A DNA stretch of 64,000 bases from a virus (taxonomy: Duplodnaviria > Caudoviricetes): positions 32,001 through 96,000 of the IMG/VR virus record IMGVR_UViG_2824317532_000001. The stretch is one strand, 5' to 3'. A program made the translations under genes and the position numbers. Shown piece after piece: positions 1-9,099 of the stretch (its first letter is position 1; every line of letters begins with the position of its first letter). Under the pieces are notes generated by a model that made no database searches, had not been told where the DNA came from, and saw nothing but the letters and a program-made list of their open reading frames with translations.

Positions 1-1
1 G

Positions 2-700
2 GGCATCCGCAAGACCGTCGGCGAATACGTGTTCTCCGCCCTCTACCAGCAGCGGCCCAGCCCCGCCGAAGGCAACCTGTTCAAACGAATCTGGTGGCGC
101 TACTGGTCGCATGCCCCACAGACCGGCGCTAGCCCGCGCCTGGACCTCGGTGGCCGGATCTTCGACTTGCAGGACTGCTGGCGGTTCGCGACCGTCGACC
201 TCGCCAACTCGACGAAGACGTCCGGCGACTGGACGGTCATCTCCGCATGGGCGCGCAGCATCGACGGCGACCTGGTCCTACTTGACCGCACCCGGGCGAA
301 GATCGGCGAAATCGACCACTTCACCCACGCCCGGCCGCTCGTACAGCGCTGGCAGCTCGACACCCTGTACGTCGAACAATCCCAGTACGGCACCACACTG
401 GTCCGTGAAGCAACCAACGACCGAGTGCCGATCGCACCGCTGGTCGCTGACACCGACAAACTGAGCCGCGCCCTGCCCGCGTCGGCGTGGGCGTCGAACG
501 GCCGGATCTGGTTACCTGCCGGCGCCGACTGGATCAAAACGTGGGTGGACGAGTTCGCCGGGTTCCCGAACGCCGCCCACGACGACCAGGTAGACACACT
601 CGCCTACGCGGTTCGTGTCGCGGTGACAAAGTGGGCGCCACCGCCGCCTCGCCCACCGGACCAGTCATCGGGCGGAGACCCGCTGAACAGCCCGATGTGA
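2..700 (+). CDS. terL: Terminase large subunit, C-terminal nuclease part (5' truncated by window)
   Basis: ALYQQRPSP, TVDLA..GDWTV and FPNAAHDDQVD motifs; frame open from position 2; directly upstream of portal. Confidence 0.93.
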   Translation, partial: GIRKTVGEYVFSALYQQRPSPAEGNLFKRIWWRYWSHAPQTGASPRLDLGGRIFDLQDCWRFATVDLANSTKTSGDWTVISAWARSIDGDLVLLDRTRAKIGEIDHFTHARPLVQRWQLDTLYVEQSQYGTTLVREATNDRVPIAPLVADTDKLSRALPASAWASNGRIWLPAGADWIKTWVDEFAGFPNAAHDDQVDTLAYAVRVAVTKWAPPPPRPPDQSSGGDPLNSPM

Positions 701-727
701 TAGACGCTGGTGAGGTGGTGGTCTCCG

Positions 728-2821
728 GTGACCGCCCCAACCTCCGTGAAGGGCTTCGTCGATCCGTACACGCTCGGCACCGATTTCGGGTCCCTGTACG
801 TTGACCTGCTCGAGCACGTGCCCGACCTGACGTGGCCGCTGTCGGTTCCGGTGTACGCGAAGATGCGCCGCGATCCTCAGCTGACCGCCATCTTGCAGGG
901 CTGGACGTTGCAGTTGCGGCGCGCCCAGTGGCAGATCGACCCGGCCGGCTGCCGGCCCGAGGTGGTGTCGGCGGTCGCGGACGGGCTCGGGCTCGCGGTG
1001 GCGGGCGCGGACAAGCCGGGTGCGGCGCGGCTGCGTGGCGTTTCCTGGAGCGAGCATCTCCAGGCCGCGTTGCGTGCGCTGACGTTCGGGCACGCGGCGT
1101 TCGAGATGCAGGCGGACGTGTCCAGCGGCAAGGCACTGCTGTCGGGGCTGTGGGAGCGCCCGCAGTGGACGATCTCCCACATCCACGTGGACGGGAAGAC
1201 CGGCCTACTCGAGGGCATCACCCAGGACGCGGCAACCAACCTCGTTAGCCCGCAGATCAAGGCTGACCGGCTCGTCTGGTACGTCGCCGACCGGGAAGGC
1301 GCGAACTGGGCGGGCACCTCTCTACTGCGGCCCGCCTACGCTGCGTGGCTCATCAAGGAGGAGATGCGGCGCGTCCACGCCATCGCCAACCGAAGATGGG
1401 GCATGGGCGTCCCCGTCATGGAGGCGCTGCCCGGCACGAACCCGACCAGCGGGCAGATGACCGAAGCCATGCAGTTGGCTGCCGCCGCCCGATCCGGGGA
1501 ACAGGCCGGCGCGGCGACTCCGCCTGGCTTCACCCTCAAGATTCAGGGACTCTCGGGTAGTGTGCCGGACACGCTGTCGTTCATGCGCTGGCTCGATCAG
1601 CAGATGTCCCGCGCCGCCCTGATGGGCATGCTGGACCTCGGCGAGACACCGAACGGATCCCGCGCCCTTGGCGAAACGTTCGTCGACGCGTTCCTGCTTG
1701 CCCTCGAGGCGACCGCCGAAGCCGTCGCGGACACCGCCACCCGGCAGGCAGCGGCACGAATCGTCGACTGGAACTGGGGCGCCGACGAACCCGTCCCCCG
1801 CATCGTGGTGTCCGGCGTCGGTAGCCGGCGCGAAGTCACCGCTGAGGCGCTGCAAATGCTTCTCGCCTCCGGTGGGCTCGCCTCCGACCCTGGTCTCGAG
1901 GCGTGGATCCGTCGTGAATGGCGGCTGCCAGAACGTGAGGGTATGGCCCAGCCGAAGCCGACTGCGCCGGGCGTGGACCTGCCGGACAAGGACGAGAAGC
2001 CGCCCGCCGAACCCGAGCAAGAGGTTGCGGCGGCAGCCAAGCCTCGCCCGCGGTCGCGGCGCCGTACTCAGCAGCCGTCACTGTTCGACGACGACGACGG
2101 GGAATCTGACGCGGCCCGCATTCAGCAGCAGTGGGATCAGGCGAAAGCCCGGCTGCTGCGCCGCTGGCCGAAACTGGCGGCACCTTTGGTCGGCGAACTC
2201 GCCGACCAGGCGCAGGCCGCCGTAGAAGTCGGCGACCTGGGACTGCTCGGGCAGCTGCAGGCGTCCGCCGGTGTGGTCGCCGCGCTGGCGGTGCCGCTAC
2301 GAAAGTCGGGCACCGACCTGGCTGCGGAGGCTGCAGCCGGGGTGGTGGCGGAGGCCGCCGCCCAGGACACCGTCATCGACGTGCCGGCCGAGCCGGGCGC
2401 GGACCGGGTGCAGCAGCACGCGGACGCCGTCGCCCGCATCATCGCCGCCGGCTACGCCTCCGGTGCGGCCCGAACCAGCCTGCAACTCGCCGGAGCTGCG
2501 CCGCAGGAAGTCCGCAACGAGGTAGAGCGGCATCTCACCGAACTGGGAACCTCGGTGAACGGCCTGGTCGGCGACAACATCGGCAGCCTGCTCAGTGCCG
2601 CACAGTTCGCTGGCCGCCTCGCTGTCCTCGAGGAAAACCCGGCCACGGCATATCGGGCGAACGAGACGCCGGACCGGAACACCTGCGACCCCTGCAAGGC
2701 CATCAACGGGACCGAGTTTCAGACGCTGCGGGCCGCGCTCGCCGCCTACCCGCTGTCGGGCCAGCACGCCGCGTGCGAGGGGCGTTCACGCTGCCGCGGG
2801 TTCATCGTTCCGATCTTCTAG
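728..2821 (+). CDS. Portal protein (Mu gp29/DUF935-like) fused to MuF-like minor head domain
   Basis: VYAKMRRDPQL, ANWAGTSLLRPAY, GSRALGETF portal-type motifs; C-terminal NTCDPC...CEGRSRCRG; GTG 728 preferred over ORF start 710. Confidence 0.85.
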   Translation: MTAPTSVKGFVDPYTLGTDFGSLYVDLLEHVPDLTWPLSVPVYAKMRRDPQLTAILQGWTLQLRRAQWQIDPAGCRPEVVSAVADGLGLAVAGADKPGAARLRGVSWSEHLQAALRALTFGHAAFEMQADVSSGKALLSGLWERPQWTISHIHVDGKTGLLEGITQDAATNLVSPQIKADRLVWYVADREGANWAGTSLLRPAYAAWLIKEEMRRVHAIANRRWGMGVPVMEALPGTNPTSGQMTEAMQLAAAARSGEQAGAATPPGFTLKIQGLSGSVPDTLSFMRWLDQQMSRAALMGMLDLGETPNGSRALGETFVDAFLLALEATAEAVADTATRQAAARIVDWNWGADEPVPRIVVSGVGSRREVTAEALQMLLASGGLASDPGLEAWIRREWRLPEREGMAQPKPTAPGVDLPDKDEKPPAEPEQEVAAAAKPRPRSRRRTQQPSLFDDDDGESDAARIQQQWDQAKARLLRRWPKLAAPLVGELADQAQAAVEVGDLGLLGQLQASAGVVAALAVPLRKSGTDLAAEAAAGVVAEAAAQDTVIDVPAEPGADRVQQHADAVARIIAAGYASGAARTSLQLAGAAPQEVRNEVERHLTELGTSVNGLVGDNIGSLLSAAQFAGRLAVLEENPATAYRANETPDRNTCDPCKAINGTEFQTLRAALAAYPLSGQHAACEGRSRCRGFIVPIF

Positions 2822-2850
2822 CCGGTAGGACCGACTTCGGAAGGAGGTCG

Positions 2851-3063
2851 GTGGTGGAGCAGAAACCCAGTATCGGCCGCATCGTCCACTACGTGCAGTA
2901 CGAGGGCAACAAATGCCGCGCCGCGATCATCACCGACGTCGAAGACGACGGAACGGTTGGCCTGTACGTGATGACGCCGGACCGTGGTGCCCACAGCCAG
3001 AACGAATGCCCGTACGACGACGGCCACACCTATGGCACGTGGCACTGGCCGACGCGAACGTGA
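2851..3063 (+). CDS. Small phage protein (KPSIGRIVHY...GTWHWP type)
   Basis: AGGAGG SD before GTG; recurrent phage motif. Confidence 0.7.
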   Translation: MVEQKPSIGRIVHYVQYEGNKCRAAIITDVEDDGTVGLYVMTPDRGAHSQNECPYDDGHTYGTWHWPTRT

Positions 3064-3074
3064 GGCGGTGACCC

Positions 3075-5597
3075 ATGCCTGACGTGGAACTCGCCCGCCG
3101 TGAAGGCGTCGAGCTGGTCCGCACCGGCAGGTTCCAAACCCTCACCGGCTCGTGGAACCCGACACCGAAAGACATTCAGGCCGCCGTCGAGGCCATGGAC
3201 TGCCCGGCGATCCGAAAGCCGGTTATCCGGCTTGGGCACACCGACGATCGGTTCGTGCCTCGCGGCGACGGGGAGCCGGCACTCGGCTGGTTCGAGAACC
3301 TGCGTGCCGCTGACGGCGGGCACACGCTGGTCGCCGACCAGGTGACGCTGCCGTGGCTGCATTCGGTTCAGGCTGCCGCCTACCCATCGCGGTCGATCGA
3401 GGGCAACTACAACCATCGCTGTTCCGAAGGCCACCTGCACCCGTTCGTCATTCACACCGTCGCCCTGCTTGGTGTAACCCCGCCCGGGGTGCAGACGCTG
3501 CGGTCGTTGAACGACCTGCCAGAGATGCTCGGGGTCGCCGCAACCGGTGAGGTACCCGAGGGTGCCGAGCATGTGCAGGTGACGGTCCTGGCGGGCCGGC
3601 ACTCGTTCGACGAGTCGAAACATGCCCGCGACGACGACGGCAAGTTCACGTCCGGGTCCGGTGGCGGCGGTGGTGACGGATCGCCTGTTCAGCCTGCCCC
3701 AGCCTCCGGGCTGAAACGCAATGAGCGGCTCGCGAAACGCATCCCTCTCGGCAAGGGCGAAACGTATGTCGGCAGCGGCACCGTCCGTGACGGCGGGTTC
3801 GCGGTCGCCGCCGTGGACGGCCCGGACGGGCGCACCGTCCGGCTCGGTGTCGGCATCGACCCCGACGAGATCGGCCAGTGGTCCGGCGCCAACCGGGGCG
3901 GAACGGTCGTCCTCGACCAGGAACGTCTCGACCAAACCCGCGAGGCGATCGCCCAGCTCCTCGAAGCGGCAAAGACCGGAAAAGCCAAGGTCCGTGCCCT
4001 GCATAAGGAATGGGACCGGCTCGAAGCGGCCGAGAACAAACTCTTTGGCAAGTCGTCGATGTCGGAGTCCGACGAGAACAAGTTGGACGAGATCCGGGAA
4101 CAGCGGAAAGCCAACGAGGACGCGCTGGACAAGCTCGCCGACTTCGGTGTCCTCGAAGAGGGCGTGATTCACGCCGAGTGGGGTGACCTGCACCTGCAGG
4201 CGTACATGTCCGACGACAGCCCGCAGTTCAAGGTCGAGGTGAAAGCGAGCCGGGAAGCGCCGTCCCGGTTCGACGAGATCCTCGAAGTGCGACACCTGAC
4301 CAGGCTCGCAGCCCTACTGGAGAAGGCGGGCGCCGCGAAACCGGTGCAGGCCGCCGCCGCGCAGGTTCAGGCCGCCGCCGAGGTGCACACGGGCGCGATG
4401 GTGGCGCTCATCCCCACGCCCGAGGACGCGGCACGGCTGGCGGTCGAGGGCGGGGAACCGGCCGAGGAACTGCACGTCACGCTCGCTTACCTCGGTGAGG
4501 CTGCTGCCCTCGGCGCCCGCGGCAGGCAGGACGTCATCGACGGCGTCTCCACCGCAGCCAACGGTCTCCCCCAGTTCGAGGCCGAAGCGTTCGCGTTGAA
4601 CGTCTTCAACCCGCCGGGTGCGCAACGCGACGACGGCCAAGATCGGGACACCTGTCTGGTGCTCGGCTTGTCCGGGGACCCCATCGACGCCGTCCACGAC
4701 CTGGTGGCCGAAGCGCTACGTGAGGCGTTGTGGTCGATCGACGTCCCGCCGCAGCATCGCCCGTGGCACGCGCATATGACCTTGGAGTACACCGAGGATC
4801 TGTCGAAGCTGGCCAACCTGGTCGACCGGATCGGGCCGGTCCGGTTCGACCGGATCCGCGTGGCGTTCGGCGGCGAGCACATCGACATCCCGCTGATCGG
4901 CCCAGACGAAGACGACATGGTCGCGGCGAGTGCCGCGATCCGTGGCCGGATCCCGCCGATCCGGGAACGCCTGGCCCGGCTGGTGGCCGCGGCTGCACCC
5001 GCCGATCCCCCGCCGGAAGACCCGGCATCCAGTCTCCCGGCCGCCGAGCCGGAGCCCAACAAACAAGAGGAGGACCTCGTGTCCCTGAGCGATGAACTGC
5101 GCTCGCGGCTCGGCCTCGCCGACGGCGCCGAGGAGGTCGACGCTCTGGCGGCGATCGACGCGCTGAAGGCGGCGGCCGAGAAGAGCCCCGAGCCGACGGC
5201 GGAGATGATCCAGGCTTCGGCCAACGCGACGGCGAAGGCCGAGCAGGCGGAGGCGGAGAAGGACGAACTCCGCAAGGAGGTCAACGTCCTGGCTTCCCGC
5301 ATGGAGCAGGTCACCACCGAACTCGCGGCGGCGAAGGCCGAGCAGGCGGCAACGGTGAAGGCTTCCGTGCTGGATGACGCCATCAAGCAGGGCAAGATCA
5401 AGCCCGCGGACAAGGCGCAGTGGGAAACCGACTACGACGACGCCCCAGCCGCGATCACCCGGGTTCTCGCTTCCATCGCCCCCGGCACTGCGGTTCCCGT
5501 GATGGCGGCCGGGCACGCCGGGCCGGCCGAACCGACCAGCGGCGACAGCCTGGACGCCGAGTACGAGCGCCTCTTCGGCGAGAAGGCTGGTGCCTGA
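3075..5597 (+). CDS. Capsid maturation protease/scaffold polyprotein with internal 2H phosphoesterase domain
   Basis: N-term PVIRLGH/PALGW/YPSRSIE protease-like motifs; HVT (~4473) and HMT (~4773); C-term coiled coil plus AIKQGKIKPA scaffold motif. Confidence 0.82.
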   Translation: MPDVELARREGVELVRTGRFQTLTGSWNPTPKDIQAAVEAMDCPAIRKPVIRLGHTDDRFVPRGDGEPALGWFENLRAADGGHTLVADQVTLPWLHSVQAAAYPSRSIEGNYNHRCSEGHLHPFVIHTVALLGVTPPGVQTLRSLNDLPEMLGVAATGEVPEGAEHVQVTVLAGRHSFDESKHARDDDGKFTSGSGGGGGDGSPVQPAPASGLKRNERLAKRIPLGKGETYVGSGTVRDGGFAVAAVDGPDGRTVRLGVGIDPDEIGQWSGANRGGTVVLDQERLDQTREAIAQLLEAAKTGKAKVRALHKEWDRLEAAENKLFGKSSMSESDENKLDEIREQRKANEDALDKLADFGVLEEGVIHAEWGDLHLQAYMSDDSPQFKVEVKASREAPSRFDEILEVRHLTRLAALLEKAGAAKPVQAAAAQVQAAAEVHTGAMVALIPTPEDAARLAVEGGEPAEELHVTLAYLGEAAALGARGRQDVIDGVSTAANGLPQFEAEAFALNVFNPPGAQRDDGQDRDTCLVLGLSGDPIDAVHDLVAEALREALWSIDVPPQHRPWHAHMTLEYTEDLSKLANLVDRIGPVRFDRIRVAFGGEHIDIPLIGPDEDDMVAASAAIRGRIPPIRERLARLVAAAAPADPPPEDPASSLPAAEPEPNKQEEDLVSLSDELRSRLGLADGAEEVDALAAIDALKAAAEKSPEPTAEMIQASANATAKAEQAEAEKDELRKEVNVLASRMEQVTTELAAAKAEQAATVKASVLDDAIKQGKIKPADKAQWETDYDDAPAAITRVLASIAPGTAVPVMAAGHAGPAEPTSGDSLDAEYERLFGEKAGA
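5079..5597 (+). CDS. Nested in-frame scaffolding protein
   Basis: AGGAGG SD just upstream of in-frame GTG 5079; analogous to Mu I/Z and lambda C/Nu3. Confidence 0.6.
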   Translation: MSLSDELRSRLGLADGAEEVDALAAIDALKAAAEKSPEPTAEMIQASANATAKAEQAEAEKDELRKEVNVLASRMEQVTTELAAAKAEQAATVKASVLDDAIKQGKIKPADKAQWETDYDDAPAAITRVLASIAPGTAVPVMAAGHAGPAEPTSGDSLDAEYERLFGEKAGA

Positions 5598-5989
5598 TGG
5601 CTGACTACGCCCCCCTGTGGATGCCCGGTGACGTCATCACCGTCACCACCTCCGCCGCGGTGACCGGCGGCAAGTGCCTCGTCGTCTCTGGCAACGGAAC
5701 CGTCGCCATGTCGTCCGCGTCGTCGGTGAAGTGGGTCGGTGTCGCCGCCTGCGACATCGCCTCTGGTGCGGTCGGCCCGATGCACGGCCGCGGCCAGGTC
5801 CACACGTCGACCGCGGCGGGTGCGATCACTGCCGGGGATCAGCTGGTGACGGCCGCGTCGGGCAACGTGGCCGCGCTCGCGGCTGCCAGCACCGACACGG
5901 CGACCGACATCAACTCCGCCAGGTCGGTGATCGGTATCGCCCTGACGACCGCGGCGGACACGGCCACGGTCACCTGGATGGAGATCTAG
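5597..5989 (+). CDS. Head decoration/capsid cement protein (DUF2190-like)
   Basis: TGATG overlap; Ala/Gly/Thr-rich, IGIALTTA; between scaffold and capsid. Confidence 0.8.
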   Translation: MADYAPLWMPGDVITVTTSAAVTGGKCLVVSGNGTVAMSSASSVKWVGVAACDIASGAVGPMHGRGQVHTSTAAGAITAGDQLVTAASGNVAALAAASTDTATDINSARSVIGIALTTAADTATVTWMEI

Positions 5990-6020
5990 CAGCCCAGCTG
6001 CTTCCCCTCGCTCTTCTCTC

Positions 6021-6058
6021 AACCCCGTCACCTGCCGGTGCGGGGTTTTTTCATGCCC
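6021..6058 (+). terminator. Terminator-like hairpin with U tract followed by CATGCCC
   Basis: AACCCCG-TCACC-TGCC-GGTG-CGGGGTT-TTTT. Confidence 0.55.
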
Positions 6059-6085
6059 TGACACCGGGGCGGAAGGACTCAAGCC

Positions 6086-7024
6086 ATGCCTCTGCTGGCA
6101 TACCCGCCGGCCCCGGCGTCCCTGTCGGGTGACCTGCTCACCATCAACCGGATGCTGCAGAATCCTGCAGTCATCCAGCGGCGTCTCAAGATGCTCACCG
6201 ACATCGGGTTCATCGCCGACGAGCTGCTGCCGGCGAAGTACCGGACGTCGGGCGGCTCCGTCGCCTACGAGATCAACGACCAGCCGCTGTTCACCAACCG
6301 CAGCATCACCGCTGTGGCACCGGGCTCTGAGTACCCGCGGGCGCTCCCCCAGTCCGGTACCGCTGCGCTGGCCGCGGTGTCGAAGTGGGGTCAGGCCACC
6401 GAGCTGACCGACGAGCGGATCAAGCGGTCGCTGCCGATGGGTAGCGCGGTGGACTGGGCGCTGCGGATCGTCGTCAACACCATCATCCAGAAGATCGACC
6501 GGCTGGCGATCGCCGCGGTCGCGTCGGCGGTCACCGAGACCGTGGCGGCGGCCGCGGTGTGGACCGGTTCGTCCGCCGACATCCTCCTGGACCTGGAGAA
6601 GTCGAAGGCGGCAGTCGACGGGCAGGAGATGGGCTACAAGGCCGACACCCTGCTGATCGACAACACGCTGTACGCGTACCTCGCCGCCGACGACAAGATC
6701 GCCACCCTGCGGCGTCGGGAGTCCACCGACAACCCGGTGTACGGCGGCGTCATCGAGACGATCGCCGGTCTCAAGGTGCTCAAGACGCCGGTCGCGAACA
6801 TGCCCGGCGCTGCCAGCGCCGCGTGGGTCGTCGACAGCCGTGCCCTCGGCGGGCTGGCCGACGAGAACGAGCTCGACCCGGGCTACGCCTCGTCGGAGAA
6901 CGGCGTGCAGGTCCAGACCCGGCGGGTCGCCGAGCGGGACGCCTGGCACATGTGGGCGCGCCGGATCACCGTGCCGGTGGTCACGGACCCGCTCGCCGGC
7001 CGGAAGATCACGGGTACGTCGTGA
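6086..7024 (+). CDS. Major capsid protein
   Basis: 312 aa after decoration gene; VAPGSEYP, KWGQATELTDE typical of actinophage HK97-fold capsids. Confidence 0.88.
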   Translation: MPLLAYPPAPASLSGDLLTINRMLQNPAVIQRRLKMLTDIGFIADELLPAKYRTSGGSVAYEINDQPLFTNRSITAVAPGSEYPRALPQSGTAALAAVSKWGQATELTDERIKRSLPMGSAVDWALRIVVNTIIQKIDRLAIAAVASAVTETVAAAAVWTGSSADILLDLEKSKAAVDGQEMGYKADTLLIDNTLYAYLAADDKIATLRRRESTDNPVYGGVIETIAGLKVLKTPVANMPGAASAAWVVDSRALGGLADENELDPGYASSENGVQVQTRRVAERDAWHMWARRITVPVVTDPLAGRKITGTS

Positions 7025-7575
7025 TGACCGAATACCAGGTGGTGGGCGAATGCGCCCACGTCGAAACCGAAGAGCTGGGCGGCGCCAAGTCGCTGACCCT
7101 GCTGTACAAGGGATCCCGGCTGCCAGCCGGTGTCCCGGAGGCCCGGATCCGGCATCTGCTCGACGCCCACCTGATCGCACCTGTGGGTGAGGTGCCGATC
7201 GCCCCGAACTCCGCGGTACCGCAGGACCCCGAAACGGGCCTCGGCTCAGTGACCTCCGAGGTGCTGCGTGGAGAACCGGCCGAGGAGCAGTCTGTTTCAG
7301 GCTCGGACGCGTCGGACGCGGTGGCGAAGACTGTGGTCGAGGAGGGCTCGGTGGTGCAGGCGGCCGAGCAGCCCCGACAGGCGTCAACCGACACGGAGGC
7401 TGAGGCACGCCGTGCCGACGCTCGGGCGAAGCTGGCCGAGTCCGGTGGCGTCCCGGACGGACGTTCGTCGGACGCGGTGATGGTCGAGTTCCTCGTCGGC
7501 AAGGGCTACGACCGGGCCGAGGCGGAGAAGGCGGACCGGGCGCAGTTGAAGGCGCTCGTCGCTGCCGCCAAGTAG
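7024..7575 (+). CDS. Hypothetical head-associated protein
   Basis: TGATG coupling to capsid gene; GC3-rich codons. Confidence 0.7.
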   Translation: MTEYQVVGECAHVETEELGGAKSLTLLYKGSRLPAGVPEARIRHLLDAHLIAPVGEVPIAPNSAVPQDPETGLGSVTSEVLRGEPAEEQSVSGSDASDAVAKTVVEEGSVVQAAEQPRQASTDTEAEARRADARAKLAESGGVPDGRSSDAVMVEFLVGKGYDRAEAEKADRAQLKALVAAAK

Positions 7576-7716
7576 CAGCTTCGGCTGTGGTGCCCGCTGT
7601 GGGGCGGCTGCTGCACCTGTGTCCGCCCCACAGCAGGCCCCGTCGTGCCGACCACGCCAACACTTGATCTCTTCATGCCGCTTCGGGCGGCCACTTTCGG
7701 TGCCCGAGGAGGGCTC

Positions 7717-7836
7717 ATGAGCGAACAGCAGGAGGCTCCGGCTGAGCAGCCGCTGGGTGGGGTGCTGGTGATGACCGCGACCGCCGAGGTGATCCGCCCA
7801 GCCGTCGAGGGAGAACAGGAGAACGAGGAACCATGA
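7717..7836 (+). CDS. Small acidic protein
   Basis: GAGGAGG SD; ATGA overlap with next gene. Confidence 0.55.
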   Translation: MSEQQEAPAEQPLGGVLVMTATAEVIRPAVEGEQENEEP

Positions 7837-8213
7837 GCGTCGGGATCTCCACCACGCACTCGCACGCGGTACTGAACGTGCTGCGGGGCACGAACTACAC
7901 GGCCCCGGCGTCGGTGTGGCTGAAGCTGCACACGGGGGACCCGGCGTCGGCTGGGACGAGCAACGCCAGCGCGGAGACCACCCGCAAGCAGGTGACGTTC
8001 GGTTCCCCGTCAGCGGGCAGCAGCGTGGCGTCGGCGGTGTCGTGGACGTCTTGGTCGGCGGGCTCGGAGACGATCACCCACGTGTCGCTGTGGGATGCGT
8101 CGACCAGCGGCAACTTCCTGATGTCCGCTGCTCTCTCCGCGTCGAAGTCGGTGGCGAACGGGGACACGCTGAACGTGACGGTGACGGCGACGCAGGGCAC
8201 GCTGGCGGCCTGA
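7833..8213 (+). CDS. Virion structural protein (LKLHTGDP family)
   Basis: VWLKLHTGDP...ITHVSLWDASTSGNFL motif of phage fibre-associated proteins. Confidence 0.75.
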   Translation: MSVGISTTHSHAVLNVLRGTNYTAPASVWLKLHTGDPASAGTSNASAETTRKQVTFGSPSAGSSVASAVSWTSWSAGSETITHVSLWDASTSGNFLMSAALSASKSVANGDTLNVTVTATQGTLAA

Positions 8214-8233
8214 CGTGGCAGACGACGTACAAA

Positions 8234-9019
8234 TCACGGCACTCTAAGTTGGGCGCGCAGTCGTTCGACTTCTGCGAGCGCCATTTGCCACTCGTGGTAG
8301 AAGGTGCCGTATCCGGTAGTATCACCCGGCTCGTTCCGACCTCGGCGGTAGATTCGCAGGTTGGCGAGGTCGTTGTTGGTCTTGACGCCGTCCATGTGGT
8401 CGACCAACTCCCGAGAGCTGAGCGGACGACCAAGCGCAATCGCCACAACCATCCTGTGTTCGGTGACGAAGGTCAGAGATCCACGCATCGCGTCGTATAG
8501 TTCTCGGTGCTCGGGCGCGATGGCCTCGTGGGATAGGCGGATATACCCCTTGTTTGGGTCGATCTTGCGACCGAGGCCTAGAACCGTCCATTCCCGCTTG
8601 CGGGCGTTTGGGCTGCATGGCAGGCACGTGCCGGTGAATTTCCCGGACCGGACTCGTGCTGCGATCGGTCCGGGCGATGCGTGTCGTTTCTCGCCGCAGC
8701 CAGGGCAGGTAACAGCAACCTTGGTGAGGCGCTGACGGCCTGTATTGACGATGGCTGTGTCGTTCCAGTCAACGGCTGGGTGCTCTGGCCTGCCTGTTCG
8801 GCTGACCTTGCCCTTCTGTAGTAGTCGATCCCGGTAGCAGTAGCCGGTGAAGGTGCCGTTCTTGATCCGGTTTCGGACTTGCCCGGCGTATTCCATCCTG
8901 GGCTCTTTGCACCATGGGCAAGTCACCTTCACGTGGAGTCGACCTGCAACCCGTTCAGTCGTCCACCAGTCAACGGTGGAATGAAGCTTTTCGGCTTCCG
9001 GATTGAACCTCTTCGTCAC
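8234..9019 (-). CDS. Free-standing HNH endonuclease with Zn-ribbon N-terminus
   Basis: EHRMVVAIALGRPL..ELVDHMDGVKTNNDLANLRIY; CxxC pairs; antisense to late operon; lower GC. Confidence 0.88.
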   Translation of the reverse strand: MTKRFNPEAEKLHSTVDWWTTERVAGRLHVKVTCPWCKEPRMEYAGQVRNRIKNGTFTGYCYRDRLLQKGKVSRTGRPEHPAVDWNDTAIVNTGRQRLTKVAVTCPGCGEKRHASPGPIAARVRSGKFTGTCLPCSPNARKREWTVLGLGRKIDPNKGYIRLSHEAIAPEHRELYDAMRGSLTFVTEHRMVVAIALGRPLSSRELVDHMDGVKTNNDLANLRIYRRGRNEPGDTTGYGTFYHEWQMALAEVERLRAQLRVP

Positions 9020-9099
9020 TTATTAAAGGTACGTCGTTGCAACCAACGGCGCGTCGCTCAAATGGATGGTTGCAATCCATTCCGGAAAGGCTGGACGCC

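Noticed and set aside
5432-7663. 743-aa minus-strand ORF (and similar long ORFs such as 59021-60943, 19788-20888, 30877-32244)
   Set aside because: Antisense or off-frame shadows of real high-GC genes; no motifs or start signals
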